DNA of 64,000 nucleotides from Thermoanaerobaculia bacterium (GTDB lineage Bacteria; Acidobacteriota; Thermoanaerobaculia; Multivoradales; UBA5704): NCBI GenBank assembly GCA_036271335.1, contig DATBAW010000600.1, positions 5,635 to 69,634 of the forward strand, read 5' to 3'. Shown piece by piece: positions 18,098 to 26,331 of this stretch (position 1 is its first letter; each line of letters starts with the position of its first letter). The notes under the pieces were generated by a model. It saw only the letters and a program-made list of their open reading frames with translations, ran no database searches and was not told where the DNA came from. The position numbers and the translations under genes were made by a program.

Positions 18098-18290
18098 CCC
18101 CGTAGGGGCGGTAGGCATTAGCCCGGACCGTGAGGTCCGGGGCGGTCAGGTGCGATCGACGCCAAGTCCCGTAGGGACGGCAGGAGGCGGGTGAGAGGAG
18201 ATCCTGCCGCCCCTGGGGGCTCAGGATGTTGTCGGCGGCACGCGGTCCCGGACCTCACGGTCCGGGCTAATGCCTGCCGCCCCTACGGGG
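18098..18290. mobile_element. MITE-like element: 44-bp terminal inverted repeats (1 mismatch) flanking a ~105-bp core
   Basis: ccccgtaggggcggtaggcattagcccggaccgtgaggtccggg (18098-18141) against the reverse complement of 18247-18290. Each arm carries an internal ccggacc-gtga-ggtccgg hairpin. No transposase is present. Confidence 0.7.
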
Positions 18291-18295
18291 CTGGC

Positions 18296-18347
18296 GGAGG
18301 TGCCACGCAAACAGCGCGGGGCTGACGGAGGTGCCACGCAAACAGCG
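18296..18347. repeat. Direct repeat of CGGAGGTGCCACGCAAACAGCG, period 30 bp
   Basis: Copies at 18296-18317 and 18326-18347. A related gcaaacagcgtgcg lies near 18040. Located between the MITE-like element and the lanA stop. Confidence 0.75.
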
Positions 18348-18430
18348 TGCGACGGCCTGACTTCATCTCCTCGTGAGAGAGCTCCGGATGGACCTCGCGG
18401 GCCCACCCGGAGCCTTCCGACGACTTCAGA

Positions 18431-18637
18431 CTAGTCGCACAGGCGCGGCGGGCAGGGGGTGCAGATCGCGGTGACGGAGCAGGCTTCCGTCGTCGCTCCG
18501 GCCACGGCCCGGAGCTCGTCCTCGCTGACCTCGATCATCGCCGCCGGATGGGACGGCAGGCTCGCGCGCTCGGCAGGGTTCAGGCTCAGGAAGTAGTCCT
18601 CGTCGCGGAACGCACGGGCCAGATCGATCTTCTTCAT
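18431..18637 (-). CDS. lanA: Class II lanthipeptide precursor (LanA), mersacidin/beta-peptide-type leader
   Basis: 68 aa from the ATG at 18637, preceded by AAGGAGA. Sequence: MKKIDLARAFRDEDYFLSLNPAERASLPSHPAAMIEVSEDELRAVAGA / TTEACSVTAICTPCPPRLCD. Leader ends in ELxxxxGA. The Ser/Thr/Cys-rich core has 5 Ser/Thr and 4 Cys. Lies 57 bp downstream of lanM on the same strand. Confidence 0.8.
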   Translation of the reverse strand: MKKIDLARAFRDEDYFLSLNPAERASLPSHPAAMIEVSEDELRAVAGATTEACSVTAICTPCPPRLCD

Positions 18638-18694
18638 CGGGTTCTCCTTCTCTGCAAAACGGCGCGGGATCATCCCGCGCCGGTAACACCGTCT

Positions 18695-21600
18695 CTAGGG
18701 GTTGGGTGGGGCCAGGTGGAGCACGGACGGGACGCGCCCGGGCGACGCCAGGCGCAGCAGGCCGTAGCCGATGCCGGCGAGCCCCAGCATCAGCCCGGGC
18801 ATTTCGCCACGGCCGGGGACTCCGCAGCGCCAGCCATACTCGTGGAAACTGCCCAGGATGCTCCCCGCCAGGAGGCCGGCGCGGTCGGCCAAGCCCGGCG
18901 TGCCCAGAAGCTCCGCCGCCAGGGTGAGGACCTCCAGGTTGCCGAGGTCGCCGTGGCACAGGGAATGCCCCTTGCCGAAGCCGCCGGCGAGGGTGGCGGC
19001 GAGCGAGGTCTCGAGGTCGTCCCGCATCGCGGCGCCGTCCAGGAAGCGCAGGCTGTCCAGGCGGCCGAGGGCGATCCCCGGCGCGCCATGGCACCAGGCG
19101 CACATGGTGTGCTCCTCGACCGGCGCGCCGTTGCGCAGGTCGGCCCAGCCGCTGCCCGGGGAGTAGAGGGAACGCTCGTACTCCAGCGCCTCCAGGGCGG
19201 CCTGGCGGAAGCGATCGTCGTCCGTCGCCGCGGCCAGCTGGAGGAGGGCCCAGGAGATTCCCCCCGCGCCGTGGGAAAAGCCGCCCAGGGGCTGCGGCCC
19301 GGCCAGATCGAGGACCCAGCCGAGCCCGCGCTCCATGCGTTGGGCCCGCGCCAGGAGCCGCTCGCCGCAGCGGACGGCGAGAGCCAGGGAGGGACCGGAC
19401 GGCCGCAGGGCATGGAGGCCGAGGAGAGGGACGAGGCAGCCGGCGGCGCCGCCGACGACGTCGGAGTACTCGTCGGCGTCGATCTGCGGCCCCAGCGTCG
19501 CGGCGATCCGCTCGGCCGCGTCGAGGAGGGATTCGTCCTGCCAGAGGGCTCCCAGATGCGTGAGCGTGTAGACGATGCCCCCCCATCCCGAGAAACCGCC
19601 GATCGAGGGCACGAGGCTGGCGCCGTGGGTGATCTGGGCCCGCAGGGTGACGGTGGCGGCGCGGGCGAGACGGGTGAACCGGGCCTCGCCGGACACCGCG
19701 CCGAGCTGGGCGAGAAAGAGCGCGATCCCCGAGATCCCCAGGTAGAGGTCCGGACCGGCCAGCGCCAGCACGCAGGGGTTCGGGCCTTCCTGGAACTTCT
19801 GGGCGAACCAGAAGGCGCCCTCGCCACGGCGGAAGGCGAGCTCGTCGAGCCGCTCCCCCACCGCCAGCGCCGCGTTCAGCAGCTCGTGGCGCGAGGGGAT
19901 CGCGCCGGTCTCGCGCAGGACGTGGCGCTCCACCGGCTTCGGGCGGCCGCTCATCGCCTGGAGCGAGTTGGCGACGATCCAGGCCTGGCGGGCGATCTCG
20001 GCCTCGTCGAACCCGCGGAGGCGCGCGTGGACCTGATCGAGAGAGGTGGCCGAGAGGAACCCTTCGATCCTCTCGCCGTCGCTCGTCCACACGTCCCGCG
20101 AGGCCGGCAGGGTGGTGAACATGGGGATGTCCCCCCGTTGCAGGTCGCGGTGCTCGGCGGCCACCAGCCGCTCCAGCGCGGGGGTCTCCGGCACCGCCGC
20201 CCAGAGGAGGTCGAGGTGGCGGTCGCGGTCGACGGCGTCGCCCAGGACGTAGGGGTGCTGCCCCTCGAACGCCAGGTTGGAATAGGCGATGGTCTTGCGC
20301 ACCAGAAACCGGATCGGCGCCCCGGCGAAGGCGCTCAAGGGGCCGTCGGCGGCGAGCAGCTCGGCGCGATGGCCGGCGAGGAGACGGGCCATGCGCAGGA
20401 ACCCCTGGACGATCTCCCCGGTGTAGGCGGAGAGATCGACGACCGCGCCGTCGAGGGTCGGGCGGTGCTCGCCGACGGGGATGGCGACGGCCTCGCGGGA
20501 GAAGCGCATCTGGTCGGTCCCCGCGCCCTCGATCTGCAACATCGGCTGGGGGAGCACCTGACCGTCCGTCGCTGCCAGGCCGGAGAAATCGATCCCCGCC
20601 TGCCCCGGCCGTGCCCCCCAATCCGCCGTCGGCAGCAGGCCGATGCGCAGAACGGTGTCCGGGAGGGGGGGCTCCTCGTCCGTCTCGGCGCGCCCCAGGG
20701 TTTCGTCCAGGGGGTGCAGCAGCGCTTCGAGGTCGACGAGGACCGGGTGCTCCCCCACCGCGATCAGGTTCTCGTGGTGCATGTCGATGGCCGACAGGGC
20801 GTAGAGGATCGCGAGGTAGCCACCCTGGCGCTGATAGAAGCGCTCGACCTCCCCGGCGTTCGCGCAGGGGCCCGCCGCCACGCGTTCGACCCAGCCGTGC
20901 TCGTCGCCGGCCTCCAGGACCCGCAGCCGGCGGAAGGCCGGCTCGAACCCGCGGGCGCCGGTCCACTCCAGAAGATCCTGGAACGCCTGGTCGACCTTCA
21001 GGGACCGCGGCTTGTAGACCAGCCCGAGCCCGGAATCGAAGCGCAGCAGCGCCACCGACCGGCCCCCCCGATGGGAATCCCCCTGGCCGGTGTGGAGCTC
21101 GGTCAGGATTCCCAGCTCGCGGCCGGGCGAGAAGAGCGCGCGCAGCCCTGCCGCGTCGGCGGCCAGATGGCCGAGGATCTCCAGGCTGTACTCCACCCAG
21201 CGGGTGGTGGTCTCGACGATCTGCCGCGCCAGCACCGGGTACTGGCGCAGGAGGCCGAGCGCGACGTCCGGATCTCGCAGCGACTCGACGAAGCTCTGGA
21301 ACCTCTCCTCCGGCGTCTCCCCCGCCAGCTGTCCGGCGTGGCCCGCCAGGTGGAGCTCCAGGACCAGGGTGCGGGTGAGGAGGTGGATGATCGCAAGCGG
21401 CAGGTTGGCCGCCAGGAGCGGGCCGGCGGTCGCCGGATCGAAGGGGAGCGAATCGAGGCGCCGCGCCATCTCGTCCAGGCCGGCGGTCAGATCCGAGTAG
21501 GCCGTGTCGAGGAGGGGGCGGACCACCTCCAGGAAACGGGCCTGGGAGCTGCCGTGGAGCTTGGACGGGAGGGGGAAGGTCGCGGCCGGCCGGCCCGTCC

Positions 21601-21958
21601 AGGCGCGCTCCAATTGGACGAGCCAGGCCGCGCGCTCCTCCACCCGCGCCGCGACGGCTTCCTGGGGCTCGCCGAGGAGCCCGTGGAGGTCGTGGATCCC
21701 GATCCCCTCCCGCTCCAGGCGTCGCGCGAAGAAACCGTCCTGCCCGAAGGGGTTCTGCGCCTGCCACCGGGCGAGGCGGCGCGTCGCCCGCTCAGCGTCC
21801 CCTGGAAGAGGCGAGCTGGCGCCGGCGGTGCGCAGGGCGGCCGCCCGTTCGCTCAGGGTGAGGGCCTTCGACCATTCGGAGAGGGAGAAAGGGTTGGGCT
21901 CGGCCAAAGCTGGGCTCCTTTGAGGTTCGTCCGTATCCTGTCCTGAGCGCGATGACAT
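18695..21958 (-). CDS. lanM: Class II lanthipeptide synthetase LanM (dehydratase plus LanC-like cyclase)
   Basis: N-terminal LanM dehydratase signatures: GDSHRGGRSVALLRFDSGLGLVYKPRSL and IDMHHENLIAVGEHPVLVDLE. C-terminal LanC motifs: GFSHGAGGI, WCHGAPGIALGRL and SLCHGDLGNLEVL (zinc ligands Cys/Cys/His). The ATG at 21958 is preferred over the TTG at 22030 given by the track. Confidence 0.92.
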   Translation of the reverse strand: MSSRSGQDTDEPQRSPALAEPNPFSLSEWSKALTLSERAAALRTAGASSPLPGDAERATRRLARWQAQNPFGQDGFFARRLEREGIGIHDLHGLLGEPQEAVAARVEERAAWLVQLERAWTGRPAATFPLPSKLHGSSQARFLEVVRPLLDTAYSDLTAGLDEMARRLDSLPFDPATAGPLLAANLPLAIIHLLTRTLVLELHLAGHAGQLAGETPEERFQSFVESLRDPDVALGLLRQYPVLARQIVETTTRWVEYSLEILGHLAADAAGLRALFSPGRELGILTELHTGQGDSHRGGRSVALLRFDSGLGLVYKPRSLKVDQAFQDLLEWTGARGFEPAFRRLRVLEAGDEHGWVERVAAGPCANAGEVERFYQRQGGYLAILYALSAIDMHHENLIAVGEHPVLVDLEALLHPLDETLGRAETDEEPPLPDTVLRIGLLPTADWGARPGQAGIDFSGLAATDGQVLPQPMLQIEGAGTDQMRFSREAVAIPVGEHRPTLDGAVVDLSAYTGEIVQGFLRMARLLAGHRAELLAADGPLSAFAGAPIRFLVRKTIAYSNLAFEGQHPYVLGDAVDRDRHLDLLWAAVPETPALERLVAAEHRDLQRGDIPMFTTLPASRDVWTSDGERIEGFLSATSLDQVHARLRGFDEAEIARQAWIVANSLQAMSGRPKPVERHVLRETGAIPSRHELLNAALAVGERLDELAFRRGEGAFWFAQKFQEGPNPCVLALAGPDLYLGISGIALFLAQLGAVSGEARFTRLARAATVTLRAQITHGASLVPSIGGFSGWGGIVYTLTHLGALWQDESLLDAAERIAATLGPQIDADEYSDVVGGAAGCLVPLLGLHALRPSGPSLALAVRCGERLLARAQRMERGLGWVLDLAGPQPLGGFSHGAGGISWALLQLAAATDDDRFRQAALEALEYERSLYSPGSGWADLRNGAPVEEHTMCAWCHGAPGIALGRLDSLRFLDGAAMRDDLETSLAATLAGGFGKGHSLCHGDLGNLEVLTLAAELLGTPGLADRAGLLAGSILGSFHEYGWRCGVPGRGEMPGLMLGLAGIGYGLLRLASPGRVPSVLHLAPPNP

Positions 21959-22362
21959 CCAGACCCCCGGAACGAAGGGGAAGGGGCTGTTCCCCCTTAC
22001 TCCCCGCTCGCCTGCAATATTCTTAGCCAATTCTTTGTATACACCTATTCATCACGGCGGATATTAGCATGTTCTCTATGGAAGGATAGGGGAGGAGTTG
22101 CGGGGGCGCTGGCCCGGGAGGGGTTCGCTCACGTCCGCGAGAACGGGAGTGGCCGGCGGGTCTCGGTGTACCAGAAGGCCGGCACCGGCGATCCGCCACC
22201 GTGAGCCGGAGCGGCGTCGCGAAACATACGCGGCCGTTCGTGGAACTTCTGGCCGCGGCGTGCTCCATTCACCCCCGAGCGTGGTGAATTCGAGAATCGT
22301 TCTGATGAACTGGCGACGCCGCGCGATGCATCGAGCCGCGGCTTGGAGATTCCGAGAATCGG

Positions 22363-22410
22363 CTTGAATGATTCAAGCTGGAGCTTGGTACACAAAATTC
22401 AATCTTGAAT
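22363..22410. promoter_or_regulatory. Two operator-like palindromes in the lanM/tag divergent intergenic region
   Basis: CTTGAAT-G-ATTCAAG (22363-22377) and ATTCAA-TC-TTGAAT (22397-22410). Both use the same hexamer in opposite arrangement and sit in a locally AT-richer stretch 75-120 bp upstream of tag. Confidence 0.35.
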
Positions 22411-22484
22411 GTCTCACGCTGCGGCGGCGCTCTTCCACGCCGGGGCCGGACGGAAGGCTCCGGGGCGTGATATATCGCCTCTCC

Positions 22485-23075
22485 ATGACCAAAGGCGCCG
22501 ACCTCCCCCGCTGCGGCTGGGCCACCTCCGATCCGCTCTACATCGCCTATCACGACGAGGAATGGGGGCGGCCGGTCCACGACGACCGCCGTCTGTTCGA
22601 GATGCTGATCCTGGAGGGGGCGCAGGCGGGGCTGTCGTGGATCACCATCCTCAAGCGGCGGGAGACCTACCGCGCGGCGTTCGAGGGGTTCGATCCCGAG
22701 CGGATCGCCCGCTACGGCGCCAAGGACGTCGAGCGCCTGATGGCCGACCCGGGGATCATCCGCAACCGCGCCAAAGTGGAGTCGGCGATCAAGAACGCCC
22801 GCGCCTGCCTGGCCTTGCGCGAGGAGACGGGAGGTTTGAGCCCCTTCCTCTGGCAATTCGTGGGCGGCGCGCCCAAGGTCAACCACTTCAAGACCTTGCA
22901 GGAGATCCTGCCGGAGACGCCGGAGTCGAAGGCGATGAGCAAGGAGCTGAAGCGGCGGGGCTTCGGCTTCGTGGGGCCCACGGTCTGCTACGCGTTCATG
23001 CAGGCGGTCGGCATGGTGAACGACCACGTGATGACGTGCTTCCTGCGGCGGCGAGGAATGAAGGCGGTGAGTTGA
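22485..23075 (+). CDS. tag: DNA-3-methyladenine glycosylase I
   Basis: RCGWATSDPLYIAYHDEEWGRPVHDD, FEMLILEGAQAGLSW, GIIRNRAKV, FVGPTVCYAFMQAVGMVNDH. ATG at 22485 chosen inside track ORF 22368..23075. Confidence 0.9.
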   Translation: MTKGADLPRCGWATSDPLYIAYHDEEWGRPVHDDRRLFEMLILEGAQAGLSWITILKRRETYRAAFEGFDPERIARYGAKDVERLMADPGIIRNRAKVESAIKNARACLALREETGGLSPFLWQFVGGAPKVNHFKTLQEILPETPESKAMSKELKRRGFGFVGPTVCYAFMQAVGMVNDHVMTCFLRRRGMKAVS

Positions 23076-23099
23076 GGGCGACCTGCGGTCGCCCTCAAC
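23071..23099. terminator. 13-bp-stem hairpin (REP family C) between the convergent tag and FG-GAP genes
   Basis: gttgagggcgacc-tgc-ggtcgccctcaac, overlapping the tag stop codon. A related gagggcgacc-gca-ggtcgcccc lies at 29111..29132. No T-tract, so termination function is inferred only. Confidence 0.55.
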
Positions 23100-23111
23100 T
23101 TCCGCGCAGCC

Positions 23112-24494
23112 TCATCGCCGCTCGACCACGGTGAGCACCGTGCGGCCATCCTTCTGAGCCCCCTGGGCGAGGGCGATCTTGCCACCCCCGGGAAGCTCCA
23201 GCACTTGCAGGTTGCGGTCGCGCGGTCCCGGCGCGTCGCCGGCGTCGTCGCCTCCTGACCGGTCGGGCTTCGGCGCGCCGGAGACCCCGAAGGACCACAG
23301 GGGACGGCCGGCCAGCGGCCGCGATCCCTTCGGATCCCCCGGATAGAGCAGGAGATGATCGCCGGCGAGGACGAGGAGGTCGGGCACGCCGTCGCCGGTG
23401 AGGTCGGGGCCGTAGAGCCAGTCGGTCGCCAGATCGCCCAGCTTCCAGCGCCGGGGGTCCGGATTGAACTTGCCGCCGCCCGTGCCCCGGTAGGCGGAGA
23501 CCCGCAGCTCCCCGCCCTTCAGCCCTTCGGGGTGGACCAGCACGAGGTCCTGCTTGCCGTCGCCGTCCGCGTCGGCCGCCGTGGCGTCGAGCGGGAACCA
23601 GAGCGGGCAGTCGGTGTCGAGGGCGAGGGCCGGCGGGCTCCCCTTGCGCGAGCGGTCGCGGTCGAGAAGGAAGAGGCGGAAGCGCTTCTTGGCGAAGACG
23701 CCGATCGTCTCGAAGGAGGTCACCGCCAGGGCGGGCGCGCCGTCGAGGCGGAGATAGCGCGGATCGCCGATCAGTCGCTCGCCGGCCGGCAGGAGCGACC
23801 AGGCCTCGGTCGGCGCCACGCCGTCGACGGTGAGCAGCAGCGTCTTCAAGCGCCGCCGCCCCTCCGTCTCGGGACCGGCGGCGAACTGCGGCGGATCGCC
23901 CGGCAGCAGGGTCACCGGCGGGCTGGCGAGGCGCAGGCCCCAGCGCTGCCGCTCGGCCCGCACCGGCAGCGGCAGGGAGAGCTTGCGGGCGAGCGTGCCG
24001 CCCGTACTCCCCGAGGGGGCCAGCAATTCGAGCACGCCGGTGTGGGCGACGGCGATCCAGGGGCGCTCCGGTCCGCCGCCGGCCACCGAGCGCAGATCGA
24101 TCGCCTCCCCCTCCCCCACCTTGCGCGCGCCGCCGGCGGCCGCCGTGAACAGCGTCCCCGGCATGCCGGCGACCGGCGCGATCGCACCCGTGCCAGAGAG
24201 ATCGAAGCCCGCGAGGGCATTCACCTCGCCGTTCAGCCCGGAGGCCAGGCGCTCCAGAGTCCGCCGCTCGGGATCGAAGAGCCAGAGCGTCTTGGGTCCC
24301 TTGCGGTCCTTCTGCGCCGAGAGCAGCAGCGCGACGCCCGGCCGGCCGCCGGGGCCGGTCACGCCGGCTGCCTGCACCAGGAAGCCGGGCAGCGACACCG
24401 TCGCGGCCTCGAAGGCGCCGGCGCGGACGGTGCGCACGTAAGTGGGCTGGGCGAGGGCGGCGGTGGCGAGGAGGAGGAAAAGAAGTAGCCCCAC
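23112..24494 (-). CDS. Secreted FG-GAP/VCBS-repeat protein
   Basis: DADGDGKQDLVLV and DLTGDGVPDLLVL integrin-alpha-type repeats. Hydrophobic N-terminus VGLLLFLLLATAALAQP. The start is uncertain: GTG at 24494 lies 5 nt from REP family A, and the track ORF extends to 25016 through the repeat. Confidence 0.7.
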   Translation of the reverse strand: MGLLLFLLLATAALAQPTYVRTVRAGAFEAATVSLPGFLVQAAGVTGPGGRPGVALLLSAQKDRKGPKTLWLFDPERRTLERLASGLNGEVNALAGFDLSGTGAIAPVAGMPGTLFTAAAGGARKVGEGEAIDLRSVAGGGPERPWIAVAHTGVLELLAPSGSTGGTLARKLSLPLPVRAERQRWGLRLASPPVTLLPGDPPQFAAGPETEGRRRLKTLLLTVDGVAPTEAWSLLPAGERLIGDPRYLRLDGAPALAVTSFETIGVFAKKRFRLFLLDRDRSRKGSPPALALDTDCPLWFPLDATAADADGDGKQDLVLVHPEGLKGGELRVSAYRGTGGGKFNPDPRRWKLGDLATDWLYGPDLTGDGVPDLLVLAGDHLLLYPGDPKGSRPLAGRPLWSFGVSGAPKPDRSGGDDAGDAPGPRDRNLQVLELPGGGKIALAQGAQKDGRTVLTVVERR

Positions 24495-24498
24495 CCCC

Positions 24499-24599
24499 GT
24501 AGGGGCGCAGCATGCTGCGCCCTCTCCCTTTCGCCGTTCTCCTCTTCGCCGGTTTCCTCTTCGGCCGCCGGTGGAGGGCGCAGCATGCTGCGCCCCTAC
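24499..24599. repeat. REP family A pair (second locus), 53-bp spacer
   Basis: gtaggggcgcagcatgctgcgccc (24499-24522) and gggcgcagcatgctgcgcccctac (24576-24599), identical to the arms at 14508..14578. Confidence 0.9.
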
Positions 24600-24628
24600 G
24601 AAATTCAAAAAATTCCGATCCAGCCGCC

Positions 24629-26299
24629 TCACTTTGCCCCTCCGCTCAAATACAGATCCAGCCGCACCGGCGGCACGAACCCCTCCTCGACCGGCCGCTG
24701 GGGGGTGATGATCATCAGGTCCGAGCGGCCGTCGCCGTCGAGGTCGCGGATCCGCACCAGGGAGAGGTCGCGCGGCTCCTCGCGGAGGTCGAAGGCCATG
24801 TCGGGCTGCGCGGGGAAAGAGCAGTCCGGCCGGCCGCGGTGGATCGTCACCCTTTTGCCGCGGCCGATCTGCACGAAGTCGGCGCGGCCGTCGCCGTCGA
24901 AGTCGCCGGAGAAGAGGGAGAGCTGGCTCACCCGCAGGTCGTTGAGGTCGAAGCGGAAGGTGCCGGAGAGGTCGAGCCCCTTCACCGACCGGAAGCTGCC
25001 GTCCTTCTCCTGGCACCAGACGTGGAAGTCGAGCCCCACGGTGAGCCGCTTGGTGGCGAGGCTCCCCAGCAGCTTGGGGAGCCCGAGGTCCATGGTGACC
25101 GTCACCAGGTCGGGCCGGCCGTCGCCGTTGAGGTCCTGGAAGCCCCCCGGCAGCTCGATCTCGGTGTCCTTGGCCTCCACCCCCTCGAGGCCCCAGCCGA
25201 CGATGTCGAAGGTGCGATAGGCGGTCTTTTCAGGTACCAGGTCTTTCGACAGCCGGTGGAAGGTGAGCCGGCCGCGCGGCTGGCGGGCCTTCTCCATCTC
25301 CTGACGGATGCCCTTCTGCTTGGGATCGTCGAGGCTCTGGCGGAAGACCACCTCGGCGCGGCCATCCCCTTCGAGGTCGCCCATCCAGACCGGCGTGGGG
25401 GACTGTGGGTCGCCGCTCCCCAGCACCACCTCGGTCGCCGGCAGGAAACGGCCCTGGCCGGCGTTGCGCGCCACCCAGACCGAGCGCCAGCGCTTCACCG
25501 GATCGCGGAAGATCAGGTCGGGCCGGCCGTCGCCGTCGACGTCGGCCACCTCGGGCAGCGGATAGCGGTGCTCGAGGTCGCGCGCCGAACGGAAGACCTC
25601 GCCCGGCACCGCCAGACGCGCGGCGGCGTTGCGCGCCAGCCCCTTTTCGGGACGGGCGAGGTAGACGGCGATCCCGTCGCGGGCAGGGAGCAGCAGGTCA
25701 GGGAGGTCGTCGCCGTTGACGTCCTTCATCAGGCCGAGGTCGCCCAGGAAGTTGCCGGTGCCGGCCATCACCGGCGGATCGGCGATCCAGGGCTCCAGCC
25801 GCAGCGTGCCGGGCGGATCGAGACGGAGGACGCTGACGCCGGCGTCGGTGAGGGCGATCACCGGCGTTCCCGGCGGCCCGGCCTCCAGGGAGAGCACCGA
25901 CAGCGGCAGCGCCAGGGCGACGGGCGGGGCGTAGGCGCCGGTGGGGAGGGAACGGTAGACGCGCACCTCGCGGTGGTCGATCACCGCCGGCACGATGGTC
26001 ATCACGTCGACCAGTCCCTTGACGTCGTCCATCGTGCTGCTCTCGGTGATGGCGACCTCGTCCCACTGGTTGGTGGCGACCACCACCACGAGATCGGGAC
26101 GGCCGTCGCCGTCGACGTCGGCGGCGATCACGGCGGCCGGCGCGCCGGGGAGGTCCAGGCTCACCAGCCGTGGCGTCGAGAGGGCGGGGCGGCCGGCCGC
26201 GAGCGCCGGCACGGCGCAGAGGAGAGCCGCCAGGAGGAGCGCCGGCGACGCGGGGAGGAGACGGCGGCCTCGCGGCCGGGGGCGAATCATCGGGTCCAC
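24629..26299 (-). CDS. Secreted FG-GAP/VCBS-repeat protein
   Basis: Signal peptide RRLLPASPALLLAALLCAVPALAAG. Repeated D.DGDGR.DL motifs: DVDGDGRPDLVVV, DVNGDDLPDLLL, DVDGDGRPDLIF, DLEGDGRAEVVF, DLNGDGRPDLVT, DFDGDGRADFV, DLDGDGRSDLMI. Confidence 0.78.
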   Translation of the reverse strand: MDPMIRPRPRGRRLLPASPALLLAALLCAVPALAAGRPALSTPRLVSLDLPGAPAAVIAADVDGDGRPDLVVVVATNQWDEVAITESSTMDDVKGLVDVMTIVPAVIDHREVRVYRSLPTGAYAPPVALALPLSVLSLEAGPPGTPVIALTDAGVSVLRLDPPGTLRLEPWIADPPVMAGTGNFLGDLGLMKDVNGDDLPDLLLPARDGIAVYLARPEKGLARNAAARLAVPGEVFRSARDLEHRYPLPEVADVDGDGRPDLIFRDPVKRWRSVWVARNAGQGRFLPATEVVLGSGDPQSPTPVWMGDLEGDGRAEVVFRQSLDDPKQKGIRQEMEKARQPRGRLTFHRLSKDLVPEKTAYRTFDIVGWGLEGVEAKDTEIELPGGFQDLNGDGRPDLVTVTMDLGLPKLLGSLATKRLTVGLDFHVWCQEKDGSFRSVKGLDLSGTFRFDLNDLRVSQLSLFSGDFDGDGRADFVQIGRGKRVTIHRGRPDCSFPAQPDMAFDLREEPRDLSLVRIRDLDGDGRSDLMIITPQRPVEEGFVPPVRLDLYLSGGAK

Positions 26300-26331
26300 C
26301 CCGGTAGCTTACGATTTTCGACCGCTACCGG

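Noticed and set aside
18426-21946. ORFs 18426..21767 (-, 1113 aa) and 18548..21946 (+, 1132 aa) overlapping lanM
   Set aside because: They are alternative-frame and antisense shadows of lanM. The translations are Pro/Arg/Gly-rich nonsense. Only the 18695..22030 frame contains LanM/LanC motifs.
22023-22395. Small ORFs in the lanM upstream spacer (22023..22268 -, 22129..22395 -, 22098..22367 +) considered as additional lanthipeptide precursors
   Set aside because: None has a class II leader motif or a Cys/Ser/Thr-rich C-terminus. None has a convincing RBS, and the composition does not look coding.
23095-24513. ORFs starting MLRPY... (23095..24513, 14564..15355, 24585..25220, and 14185..14565) and other REP-encoded peptides (RDAPWGVS, GISPDREVR, GGPMWPP)
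   Set aside because: Their apparent starts and conserved peptides come from translating palindromic REP units in either direction. They overlap better-supported genes on the other strand or frame.
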